Virus record (IMG/VR): IMGVR_UViG_3300036790_000198
Span: 3,426-67,425 of that record
Reading direction: 5' to 3' (one strand)
Length of the DNA stretch: 64,000 nucleotides
Origin: a virus
A program made the position numbers and the translations under genes. This document shows positions 1-7,842 of this stretch, one piece after another. The notes beneath the pieces are model-generated. The model was given only the letters and a program-made list of their open reading frames with translations. It did not search any database and was not told the origin of the DNA. Numbering within the stretch: the stretch's first letter is position 1; the number at the start of each line of letters is the position of its first letter.

Positions 1-1
1 C

Positions 2-265
2 CTGCCGCGGGAGTACGTCCTGCGCACTCGCGGCGGCCGGCCGTACACGTCAGAGGGTTTCCGGGCCTGCTGGCAACGCACCATGCGCAAGGCCAGGAAG
101 CTCGGCATTGTCACGGAGCGCTGGACCTACCATGACCTCAGGGCAAAAACCGTAAGCGATTCTCAGAGTCTCGAGGCGGCTTTCGAGCGGGCGGGCCATA
201 CGACCATGGCCATGACCCGAGGCGTGTACGACCGAAACTTCCGCAAGGTCACGCCGCTGAAGTAA
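2..265 (+). CDS. int: Tyrosine integrase, C-terminal part (5' truncated by window)
   Basis: Open frame from base 2; HDLRAK (HxxR), AGH and VYDR catalytic motifs; directly followed by attP-like tRNA fragment. Confidence 0.9.
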   Translation: MPREYVLRTRGGRPYTSEGFRACWQRTMRKARKLGIVTERWTYHDLRAKTVSDSQSLEAAFERAGHTTMAMTRGVYDRNFRKVTPLK

Positions 266-280
266 GAAACAGTCGCGATA

Positions 281-503
281 GTTTCGCAACAGCCTGACGA
301 ATATCCAGTATGAATGTTGTTGAATTAATTGGGGCGTGCCAGGATCGAACTGGCGACCGGCGGATTAAAAGGCAGTTCTACGACAATGACTTAGCGCATT
401 GTTCGGTAAGGGCGAGCGGGCCGCCAAGGTGTTGCGAACGCGATCACGTTTTGAGCAATTCCGGCCCCTTCCTGCCGGTTTGCAGGTTCCGTTTCGCAAC
501 AGC
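281..503. repeat. Integrase arm-type sites flanking the att core
   Basis: GTTTCGCAACAGC exact at 281-293 and 491-503; inverted near-copy TGTTGCGAAC at 430-439. Confidence 0.75.
330..371 (-). other. attP: attP core: 3' half of tRNA-Lys(UUU)
   Basis: Minus strand reads CTTTTAA TCCGC CGGTC GCCAG TTCGATC CTGGC ACGCCCC A (anticodon loop, T-arm, acceptor 3' strand); no 5' half. Confidence 0.85.
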
Positions 504-830
504 TATGGTCCGGCCGGCGAGACCGCTCCCGCCTGCTCATGCCAGAGGCCTCGAGCAGTGGTGCATGCACCTCGCACGGGTACCCCTCGCCGCCCGGACC
601 GCCCATACCCATAGGGACTCATGCCGGGTAGCTCCCGGTGGCCAAGGCATAAACGATGTAGCGTCTGCCGGCGTCTGCATCCCCGAAGCGGACCCGAGGC
701 AGACGTGCCCGGACACCCGGTCTGCCGGCAGGGTCGAGTCCCGCCATAGCGAGAGCCGTCCCTCCGGGCGTGCGGTGTTCCGCCGCCCGGGGCCGGCGAG
801 CTCCGCTGGTTCCACATCCGAGCGACGTTC

Positions 831-2480
831 ATGAGGGAAATCGTAGTCGACAACTTCGCATGCGGCGGCGGCGCCTCCGAAGGCATCGAGACCGCCCTCG
901 GCCGCCCCGTCGACATCGCCATCAACCACAACGCGAAGGCGCTGGCGGTGCACCTAGCGAATCATCCGCGCACGCTCCACCTGCGCGAGGACATCCGCGA
1001 CCTCGATCCGCGCAAGGTCGGCGCCGGCCGGCCGGTGGGTCTCGGCTGGTTCTCGCCGGACTGTACGTTCCACTCCAAGGCCCGCGGCGGCAAGCCGTTC
1101 CGCGATACCGACCGGGCGCGCCGTGTCCGCGGCCTTGCGGGAACGGTGGTCTGGTGGGCGCGAGATCGGCGCCCGCGGGTCATCATGCTCGAAAATGTGG
1201 AGGAGTTCTCGGACTGGGGACCACTCCTCGAGAACGGCAAGCCCGACCCGGCCCGGCGCGGCCAGTCCTTCCGTCGCTGGCATCGGCGGCTCGAGAACCT
1301 GGGCTATCAGATCGACATGCGCCAGCTCCGCTGCTGCGACTACGGCGCGCCAACAAGCCGTCGACGTCTATTCGTCATCGCCCGCTGCGACGGCGAGGAG
1401 ATCGTCTTTCCAGAAGCGTCCCATGGCCCCTGGCAGGGCGCCGCACCTTACCGGACCGCTGCGGAATGCATCGACTGGTCCATCCCGTGTCCGAGCATCT
1501 TCCTCAGCCGGGAGGATGGCCGAGCACTCGGCGTGCGGCGTCCTCTAGCGGATGCCACGCTTCGGCGGATCGCCCGCGGAGTCATGCGGTATGTGGTCGA
1601 CAATCCGCAGCCGTTCATCGTGCCGCTCACCCATCATGGGGAACGTCGACTCCATCCGCTTGATGAGCCGGTACCGACCATTACGGCAGCGCATCGCGGT
1701 GAGCTGGCGGTCGTCACTCCATTCCTGACGGAGCATGCCAACGCCAGCACGCAGAGGAACTTCCGGGCCGATGAGCCGATGCGCACGCTTTGCGCTACGG
1801 TGAAGGGAGGCCATTTCGCCTTGGTCTCTCCGACCCTCATCAATACACGCAACGGCGAGCGAGAAGGGCAAGACCCGCGGGTGAGGGACATCCGACGCCC
1901 CTACCCTACGATCACCGCCCAGGGCTCACAGGGCGCGCTGGTAGCGGCCTTCCTGGCCCGGCACTACGGCGGGCACGAGAATGACGGCCATCCCGTCACG
2001 CAGCCCATGTCGACGATCACGACGCAGGACCATCACCATCTGGTCTCCTCGCACATCGTGAAGCTGAAAGGGACGTGCCGGGACGGCCAGCCGATCGACG
2101 AGCCCCTACACACGATCCAGGCGAGCGGGACACATTACGGCGAGGTCCGAGCGTTCCTCCTGAAATATTACGGGACCGACCAGGATCCGCGGCTCGAGCG
2201 ACCGCTCGGGACCGTCACCACGAAGGACCGCTTCGGCCTCGTGACCGTCCGCGGCGAGCCCTACGCCATTGTCGATATCGGTATGCGCATGCTCGCTCCG
2301 CGGGAACTCGCCCGGGCGACCAGTTTTCCAGATTCCTACATCCTGGACCCTATCTATCAGGGCAAGCCGCTCTCGAAGACCGATCAGGTCTGGATGATCG
2401 GAAACGCCGTGCCGCCGGTCGTCGCCGAGGCCCTGGTCCGTGCAAACCTCGTGGAGCAGCTCGAGGAGCGCGCCGCATGA
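831..2480 (+). CDS. DNA cytosine-5 methyltransferase (phage orphan type)
   Basis: DNFACGGG motif I, SPDC catalytic Cys, ENV, RRRLF, C-terminal IGNAV. Confidence 0.92.
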   Translation: MREIVVDNFACGGGASEGIETALGRPVDIAINHNAKALAVHLANHPRTLHLREDIRDLDPRKVGAGRPVGLGWFSPDCTFHSKARGGKPFRDTDRARRVRGLAGTVVWWARDRRPRVIMLENVEEFSDWGPLLENGKPDPARRGQSFRRWHRRLENLGYQIDMRQLRCCDYGAPTSRRRLFVIARCDGEEIVFPEASHGPWQGAAPYRTAAECIDWSIPCPSIFLSREDGRALGVRRPLADATLRRIARGVMRYVVDNPQPFIVPLTHHGERRLHPLDEPVPTITAAHRGELAVVTPFLTEHANASTQRNFRADEPMRTLCATVKGGHFALVSPTLINTRNGEREGQDPRVRDIRRPYPTITAQGSQGALVAAFLARHYGGHENDGHPVTQPMSTITTQDHHHLVSSHIVKLKGTCRDGQPIDEPLHTIQASGTHYGEVRAFLLKYYGTDQDPRLERPLGTVTTKDRFGLVTVRGEPYAIVDIGMRMLAPRELARATSFPDSYILDPIYQGKPLSKTDQVWMIGNAVPPVVAEALVRANLVEQLEERAA

Positions 2481-2514
2481 GAGCAGCCGTCTCGATAGCC
2501 GGTGAGCAACCGAA

Positions 2515-2832
2515 ATGACCCAAAAGACTTACGAGATCGCTTATGCCGCTATAGATGAGGTAGCCAAAATGGAAGAAGCCGCCCAAGCACTGCCGGTCTG
2601 TACACTGACGATGCCGTTCAACGTGGTCATGGCATCCTATTGCGCAATCGGGCTAGCGATACAGTGCATGGAGGATCGCATCAACAATGATCTCAGACGC
2701 GACCGCCGTCTGCCTGGAGAACGAGAGCGAATCGAGCTTGCCAATTTGCGAGCGGCCAGCAACGAGTTGCTGAGCGCTTTGCGAGCAGAGACATCGGATA
2801 CATCCACCCCACAACGTTCGGAGACACCATGA
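2515..2832 (+). CDS. Hypothetical phage protein
   Basis: 105 aa; ATGA-coupled chain. Confidence 0.6.
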   Translation: MTQKTYEIAYAAIDEVAKMEEAAQALPVCTLTMPFNVVMASYCAIGLAIQCMEDRINNDLRRDRRLPGERERIELANLRAASNELLSALRAETSDTSTPQRSETP

Positions 2833-3026
2833 AAAGCGAAGCCGAGAAGTACGCAGAGATCACCACGGCCAAGTGCGCCGGCAAGCTGCACCTCCCGCCG
2901 AACTGCACGGAACGAGCGTTGCTTGAGGCGATAATTGCGATGGCGTGGCAAGAGGGCTACGGGGCCGGCATTGACGGGACCAGAAAGGCTGTAGACGCCG
3001 CCTTCGCCGCGCATGCCTTCGGGTAG
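2829..3026 (+). CDS. Hypothetical phage protein
   Basis: 65 aa; GGAG RBS, ATGA overlap. Confidence 0.6.
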   Translation: MKSEAEKYAEITTAKCAGKLHLPPNCTERALLEAIIAMAWQEGYGAGIDGTRKAVDAAFAAHAFG

Positions 3027-3038
3027 TGCGACAGCGCC

Positions 3039-3182
3039 ATGAAAAAGATTCGTTTTTATCATTGGTGGCTCTATCGACTGTTCATCTTGGTCTGGAATCC
3101 GATCCTTCGGGACCGACCGGCAATGCTCACTGGATTGGTAGTGGCAATCAACGACTGGAGACGTTCTCACAATGGATCATGA
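3039..3182 (+). CDS. Small hydrophobic hypothetical protein (47 aa, not in ORF track)
   Basis: MKKIRFYHWWLYRLFILVWNP... fills the gap between neighbours. Confidence 0.4.
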   Translation: MKKIRFYHWWLYRLFILVWNPILRDRPAMLTGLVVAINDWRRSHNGS

Positions 3183-3369
3183 CGGCGTGACCAAGTACGG
3201 CTTCATCTGGGGTCCAGTGGAGGTCATGCGGGCTTTCGCCGATGGCCGCTACCACACGCTCCTGATCAAGACGGAACACCGGGAGGTGCAGATATCCATC
3301 TCGCCGACTGGCCGAAGCGTCAGGGTGCATCAGACAAAGCGAATCGCTCTCAGCGCAGACGCGCCATGA
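3172..3369 (+). CDS. Hypothetical phage protein
   Basis: 65 aa; GGAG RBS. Confidence 0.6.
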   Translation: MDHDGVTKYGFIWGPVEVMRAFADGRYHTLLIKTEHREVQISISPTGRSVRVHQTKRIALSADAP

Positions 3370-3535
3370 ATCTAAGGCGTATCCCGGCCAGCCGAAAGTC
3401 CGGGCGTTCAACACGGGGACTTTGCAGCCATGCAGATGTAGCCGCTAGAACCGGTCGCCGGCTCAGCCGGACGGCTATATTGGGGTCGGGGCCGGAATGG
3501 CTCCGACCCTCTCCAACCGCAGAAGCGAGTAAGCC

Positions 3536-3859
3536 ATGAGCACGATTCCCGATACCCCGTGGACTCGGCTCGACAAGCTCATCGAGGAATACGTCGATGG
3601 CTACGAAATGGTCGATTGCGAGGACGCGAATGGCAATACAGGGGATTACTGCCCCACCGAGACCGAGCGAGGCATGATCCTAGACGCCGGCCAGGGCCTC
3701 ATCGGCGACAAGGAGATCATCAACAAGCTGATCGAGGCGCACGAGTTCACGCGGGCCTATCGGCGCGCCAACGGCGAATGCGTGGACTGCGGACGAGTGC
3801 TTCCGGAGCATTGGGGCGCATGCTCCGCGTCAACCGTGTCCGGAGAGCAAAATGCTTGA
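3536..3859 (+). CDS. Hypothetical protein with CxxC-H-C Zn motif
   Basis: CVDCG...HWGAC at C-terminus. Confidence 0.6.
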   Translation: MSTIPDTPWTRLDKLIEEYVDGYEMVDCEDANGNTGDYCPTETERGMILDAGQGLIGDKEIINKLIEAHEFTRAYRRANGECVDCGRVLPEHWGACSASTVSGEQNA

Positions 3860-4031
3860 ATGCCCCCACGGCCAGCACCATTTCGTAAGCGATGGCACCG
3901 GCATTTGGTGCCGATTCTGTGGAGAGGCTATCGCGCTGGTCCGCAAGCGTCCCCGCGAGGAACTGCGGGAGGCGTACCCAATGCCTGCTGAACCACAGTC
4001 CGGTGAGCCTGAATTAAATACACCGAAATAG
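3852..4031 (+). CDS. Small Zn-ribbon-like protein (59 aa, not in ORF track)
   Basis: MLECPHGQHHF...WCRFCGE; GGAG RBS. Confidence 0.5.
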   Translation: MLECPHGQHHFVSDGTGIWCRFCGEAIALVRKRPREELREAYPMPAEPQSGEPELNTPK

Positions 4032-4059
4032 TTGACACGGCTGAATATCGGTGTATATT
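4018..4059 (+). promoter_or_regulatory. Sigma70-like promoter with inverted-repeat operator
   Basis: TTGACA 4032-4037, TATATT 4054-4059; ATACACCGA (4018-4026) and TCGGTGTAT (4048-4056) flank the -35. Confidence 0.7.
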
Positions 4060-4066
4060 AATACCC

Positions 4067-4258
4067 ATGGACGCAGCAAAATCGAATCGCAAATACCCCA
4101 GCTACACGCTGGCCCAGCTCGAAGCATTCGTTGCCGAGGGCCACGGGAATGACGTGATGGTGCAGGAGATTGTCGCTCGCAAGACCGGCCTCAGCACGGC
4201 GCTGGTGGTGCCTCAGCTCGACGGCGGCAAGGCGGTCGCGAAGGTGGGGCGCCTGTAA
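4067..4258 (+). CDS. Hypothetical protein, probably leaderless
   Basis: ATG 7 nt after the -10; no SD. Confidence 0.65.
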   Translation: MDAAKSNRKYPSYTLAQLEAFVAEGHGNDVMVQEIVARKTGLSTALVVPQLDGGKAVAKVGRL

Positions 4259-4425
4259 TGGCGACGGCCAAGCGTGGAAGGGGGCGGCCCTCCCTGACCG
4301 GCGAACCGGGACGGCGATATCAGGTGACGATCCCGCCATCTGTTGCGGACAAACTGCGGCGCGATGGGGGCGGGTCGCTCTCAGCGGGGATCATCAAGGC
4401 AGCGAAGCGGAGAGCGGACAAATGA
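4258..4425 (+). CDS. Small AT-hook/ribbon-helix-helix-like DNA-binding protein (55 aa, not in ORF track)
   Basis: MATAKRGRGRPSLTGEPGRRYQVTIPPSVADKLRRDGGGSLSAGIIKAAKRRADK; TAATG and ATGA overlaps. Confidence 0.7.
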   Translation: MATAKRGRGRPSLTGEPGRRYQVTIPPSVADKLRRDGGGSLSAGIIKAAKRRADK

Positions 4426-4619
4426 GCTTCAACAATGCGGTCAAAGATGGCTGGGGCCAGCCGGCAGGCTTTCGCTGTTTCGAGTGCGGCGGGGTCTTCC
4501 AGTCGATGTGGGGCGAGATTTGCAATGGGTGCCGCGAGAAAGATCGGCGACACCAAGATATTCTCGCGGCTATCAAAAGAGCAGCGGACAACCAATTCGA
4601 GCAACGCGATGACACTTGA
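4422..4619 (+). CDS. Small CxxC-CxxC protein
   Basis: CFECGG...ICNGCRE; ATGA overlap. Confidence 0.6.
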   Translation: MSFNNAVKDGWGQPAGFRCFECGGVFQSMWGEICNGCREKDRRHQDILAAIKRAADNQFEQRDDT

Positions 4620-4830
4620 CGCCAAATGGCTCCCGGCCAATACCGGGGACAAGCACGCTCGGCTGCACCTATTCCGGCCTGACGCCCGGCCGTGGGTGAT
4701 CGACCCCGATGCCCATTATCTGACGATGTGCGGCCGCGTCATGGGTATCGCAATTGCGCATATTGAGCCACCGCACCCGAAGTGCAGGCAGTGCGTGGCG
4801 TTCGAAACGCGAGCAGCGTCCCAACTATGA
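4609..4830 (+). CDS. Small Zn-binding hypothetical protein
   Basis: H...TMCG...CRQC. Confidence 0.6.
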   Translation: MTLDAKWLPANTGDKHARLHLFRPDARPWVIDPDAHYLTMCGRVMGIAIAHIEPPHPKCRQCVAFETRAASQL

Positions 4831-5039
4831 CCGACTCAGAACGAATCGCGGTATTGCGCGCCACTCTGGAAAAGGCGAAGCGTCCGCATCATTGGTGCGA
4901 CGATGCTTGGTACTCATGCCCGAAAGATCCAGAGGGCTGCTCAGATGAGGACCAGGGGACGGACTGCAACTGCGGCGCAGACAAATTCAACGCCGAGATT
5001 GATGCCGTTCTGAATCGCACTGCGGATCAACCGTCATGA
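4827..5039 (+). CDS. Cys-rich hypothetical protein
   Basis: HHWCDDAWYSCPK...CNCGAD; ATGA overlaps. Confidence 0.65.
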   Translation: MTDSERIAVLRATLEKAKRPHHWCDDAWYSCPKDPEGCSDEDQGTDCNCGADKFNAEIDAVLNRTADQPS

Positions 5040-5302
5040 AGTCTCGCAAGTCGCGCCAGAAAGCTGATGCGGAGATCGCCAGGAACCATGCAATGTTCCG
5101 CGACTGCGTGGCCGCTAGTTTCCCGAAGACATCAATAGATGGGCTGCTCCGGTGGTTCAGGATGGATGAGAGCGGCGAGAAGTACGCGCACATCGAGATA
5201 CAGGAAATGTGGACGGGCTGGAATCTCCATCGCGACTTCGCGAGCCGGCAAAAAGCAGCGGATCAACTAACGGCGACTCAAGAGAACAAAAATGGGCTGT
5301 GA
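5036..5302 (+). CDS. Hypothetical phage protein
   Basis: 88 aa; ATGA overlap. Confidence 0.6.
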   Translation: MKSRKSRQKADAEIARNHAMFRDCVAASFPKTSIDGLLRWFRMDESGEKYAHIEIQEMWTGWNLHRDFASRQKAADQLTATQENKNGL

Positions 5303-5756
5303 CATTCATTGCTATGCCGAGAAGCGATCCGGGACCGGGTGGGCTCAAGTCCAGACGACACCAAAATCCTTGGATGTTCGGTCCTACGGGATATTCGGCT
5401 TCCTGGCAGACGTTCGGAATTATTCGGCCGTGCCGCCTATCGCCGCGCCTCGCGGCTTCCCAGCCGATGCCAGCCCGGAAGTGATAAAGAGCTATGAGTA
5501 CTGGGGTGTGGACGCGCACACGCCCTCGTGGCTCACCATAGACGAGTTAGCGGCCTTCGACTACGAAGCGGAAGTTGAGGATCGCCGCTACACGCGGCAG
5601 GACGGCCCCAACTGCTTCAATGGTGGAGCAACCTGCGAGCCTGGCAGCGGAAAGAGAATGCCGTGGAGGGAGTTTTTGGGCGACCGGTTCATGGATGAAC
5701 TCAAGCGCCTGAGAGACGCCGGTGCTGAGCGGCTAGTGTTCTGGTTCGACAATTGA
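5292..5756 (+). CDS. Conserved phage hypothetical protein (MGCDIH...WFDN type)
   Basis: MGCDIHCYAE, FGFLADVRN, PRGFPADAS, RLVFWFDN motifs recalled from a widespread phage family. Confidence 0.75.
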   Translation: MGCDIHCYAEKRSGTGWAQVQTTPKSLDVRSYGIFGFLADVRNYSAVPPIAAPRGFPADASPEVIKSYEYWGVDAHTPSWLTIDELAAFDYEAEVEDRRYTRQDGPNCFNGGATCEPGSGKRMPWREFLGDRFMDELKRLRDAGAERLVFWFDN

Positions 5757-5783
5757 GCAGCGGATAACTCATCCGAGTGACGC

Positions 5784-6524
5784 ATGGGCAATCTTCCCTA
5801 CATCGTAAATGTGACGACTGCCGCGCCGGCGCCGATCGTCTACCCGCCGACTGGCGATGTCATTCCGCCCTTCGTGAGGCTCGAAGACTGTTTGCTGTCG
5901 CTGCGAGTTTGCCTCCTGCATGCCATGCCGCCCTACCTGAGTTTCAAGGCCGAGATGGAATCTAGCCACGGTCGCACCGATTACTTCATCATGCCGAGGC
6001 GACGCTGGCCGAGCCCGTCAGGGACGGTCGTCATTGATTACGACTGGCTGTTGGCCTTCTGCGATCCGGGCTTTCGGCTTCCCATTCGAGAAGCCCTTCT
6101 CGCGCGCATTCAATCGGCGACCGATCTGGTGGCTGCGCACATCGACGTCAGTGAGTTCGAGCAATTCCTTGGGCAGATGATCACTATGGCCAGCCTGCAT
6201 AATGCGGCGAGTTGCCTTCGGTATCAGGACACGCGCCGGCAGTCTGAGGGGCGTCCCGGCTTCGTGGCGCTCCTGAAGCACGGCATGGGGCTAGAGTCCG
6301 TGTTGCCCTTCGAGCACATCCATTGGAGCGGCACCATGAACGAGATCACCGCCGAGAGATTTACCGCCGCCGTGGGGCGCGCTCCTGAAGATGACGACCT
6401 AGACCGTTGCAACTGCCGGGATGCCGGCAAGATTGGTCATTCAGGCTGCGGCTGGTGTCAGGAGTGCGATAGGCCGCGCTTCATCTGCGGTCATCCGCTT
6501 GCAGCTCCGGAAACGTTGCGGTGA
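5784..6524 (+). CDS. Hypothetical protein; Cys-rich C-terminal module may start internally at ATG 6336
   Basis: GGAG-ATG at 6336 gives MNEITAERF...CNC...HSGCGWCQEC...CGH. Confidence 0.55.
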   Translation: MGNLPYIVNVTTAAPAPIVYPPTGDVIPPFVRLEDCLLSLRVCLLHAMPPYLSFKAEMESSHGRTDYFIMPRRRWPSPSGTVVIDYDWLLAFCDPGFRLPIREALLARIQSATDLVAAHIDVSEFEQFLGQMITMASLHNAASCLRYQDTRRQSEGRPGFVALLKHGMGLESVLPFEHIHWSGTMNEITAERFTAAVGRAPEDDDLDRCNCRDAGKIGHSGCGWCQECDRPRFICGHPLAAPETLR

Positions 6525-6532
6525 TATAACTC

Positions 6533-6700
6533 ATGACCGCAACGTCACAATCTGAACGCATTGAGCGGCTGAAAGAGCTGTTTGCAGAAATGTCAGAGAA
6601 AGAGCGTAGAGACGCTTTCTACGAGCTGAGTTCGCTTTGGTGCCGGTATTGCGGCAGCAAACAATCGCGCGGCGGCTGCCAATGCATGAACGACGAGTGA
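6533..6700 (+). CDS. Small Zn-finger protein (55 aa, not in ORF track)
   Basis: ...WCRYCGSKQSRGGCQCMNDE. Confidence 0.55.
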   Translation: MTATSQSERIERLKELFAEMSEKERRDAFYELSSLWCRYCGSKQSRGGCQCMNDE

Positions 6701-6792
6701 GATTTGCCAGAAACAACCGACAGGGCTAAAGTCGGTGGCAAGCGACGGTCGTCGCAGGGTGGGATTTTTAGAACAAGTCTAAAATTGAGCCG

Positions 6793-7842
6793 GTGGGCTC
6801 GGAGTGGGTTATGGTGGGAATAAGAAGAATTCCGTCTCTAGACGGTGCGCGCGCGCTGTCCATAGCTCTCGTCATTACAGGACACGCCAATTGGAACAAG
6901 GTGTATCCCATTATCTGGCGCTTCGAATATTGGAATCTCGGCGTGCGTATCTTCTTCGTGATCTCTGGATTTCTGATCACGACTTTGCTGCTTGAGGAGT
7001 ACAAGCGCACTGGACGTGTCAGCCTCCCGCAATTCTACGTGCGCCGGGCATTCCGTATTCTGCCTGCAGCCTATGTCTACGTAGCAGTCATTGTTGCCCT
7101 GATTCCGCTAGGCGTGCGCATGGAATACGGCGATGTTCTGCCCGTCGTTTTCTACTATGCGAACTATGTCGGGCATCATGGGATGTCGGACGTTGGCCAA
7201 TTTTGGTCTCTTTCGGTCGAGGAGCAGTTCTATTTCCTCTGGCCCGCAGCGCTGGCGTTTCTCGGCATTCGTCGCGGTCTCTACGGCTGCTTGGCGCTAC
7301 TTATCCTGGCCCCGGCATTTCGGTTGATATCTAGTGTAGGACTATTACCGCCAACTCCCGGTTCTTTCGAGACGGTTTGCGATGCACTGGCGACCGGATG
7401 CCTTCTCGCCATGCTCCGCGATGAACTCTGGAGCTTGAGCCTGTATCGCAGACTCATCGAAGGACCTGGCGCGCTGATAGTGGCGCTGAGCGGCATCATT
7501 CTGTCGTGCCGAGGCATCCCAACTCAGATTATCAGTGTCGCCGGTATTCCGATTCTCAACATGGGGGTAGCGATGCTGCTCGATCGCTACATGCGGATGC
7601 CACAGACCGTGACCGGACGTATATTGAATCTGGCCCCAATAGTGTGGATAGGAACAGTTAGCTATTCGCTTTATCTGTGGCAGCAACCTTGGATGTTCAG
7701 CAGGCTGCCCATGGTGATCAGAATCTCGGGCGCGTTCGTATGCGCAGCTCTTTCCTTATATCTAGTCGAGAAGCCAATGCTGCGGATGCGAAGAAGACTC
7801 CACGCCAGGTCTCAGTTGACCCCAATGCTGCCATCGGTATGA
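6793..7842 (+). CDS. Membrane O-acyltransferase (Acyl_transf_3 / OafA-like), lysogenic-conversion moron
   Basis: RIPSLDGARA, FFVISGFLIT, FYVRRAFRILP, WSLSVEEQFY, SYSLYLWQ, VEKP; multiple TM helices; start may be ATG 6811. Confidence 0.92.
   Translation: MGSEWVMVGIRRIPSLDGARALSIALVITGHANWNKVYPIIWRFEYWNLGVRIFFVISGFLITTLLLEEYKRTGRVSLPQFYVRRAFRILPAAYVYVAVIVALIPLGVRMEYGDVLPVVFYYANYVGHHGMSDVGQFWSLSVEEQFYFLWPAALAFLGIRRGLYGCLALLILAPAFRLISSVGLLPPTPGSFETVCDALATGCLLAMLRDELWSLSLYRRLIEGPGALIVALSGIILSCRGIPTQIISVAGIPILNMGVAMLLDRYMRMPQTVTGRILNLAPIVWIGTVSYSLYLWQQPWMFSRLPMVIRISGAFVCAALSLYLVEKPMLRMRRRLHARSQLTPMLPSV

Noticed and set aside
330-371. Functional tRNA-Lys gene
   Set aside because: Only the 3' half is present (no D-arm or 5' acceptor strand); better explained as the att core
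310-830. ORF-track ORFs spanning attP
   Set aside because: They cross the att site, have no recognisable motifs or RBS, and are likely GC-rich shadow frames
831-2480. Inactive methyltransferase because of SPDC instead of PPC
   Set aside because: Catalytic Cys and ENV are retained; this variant is common in phage C5-MTases
4579-5770. CRISPR mini-array
   Set aside because: Repeats are short, degenerate, irregularly spaced (about 200-500 nt) and separated by coding genes
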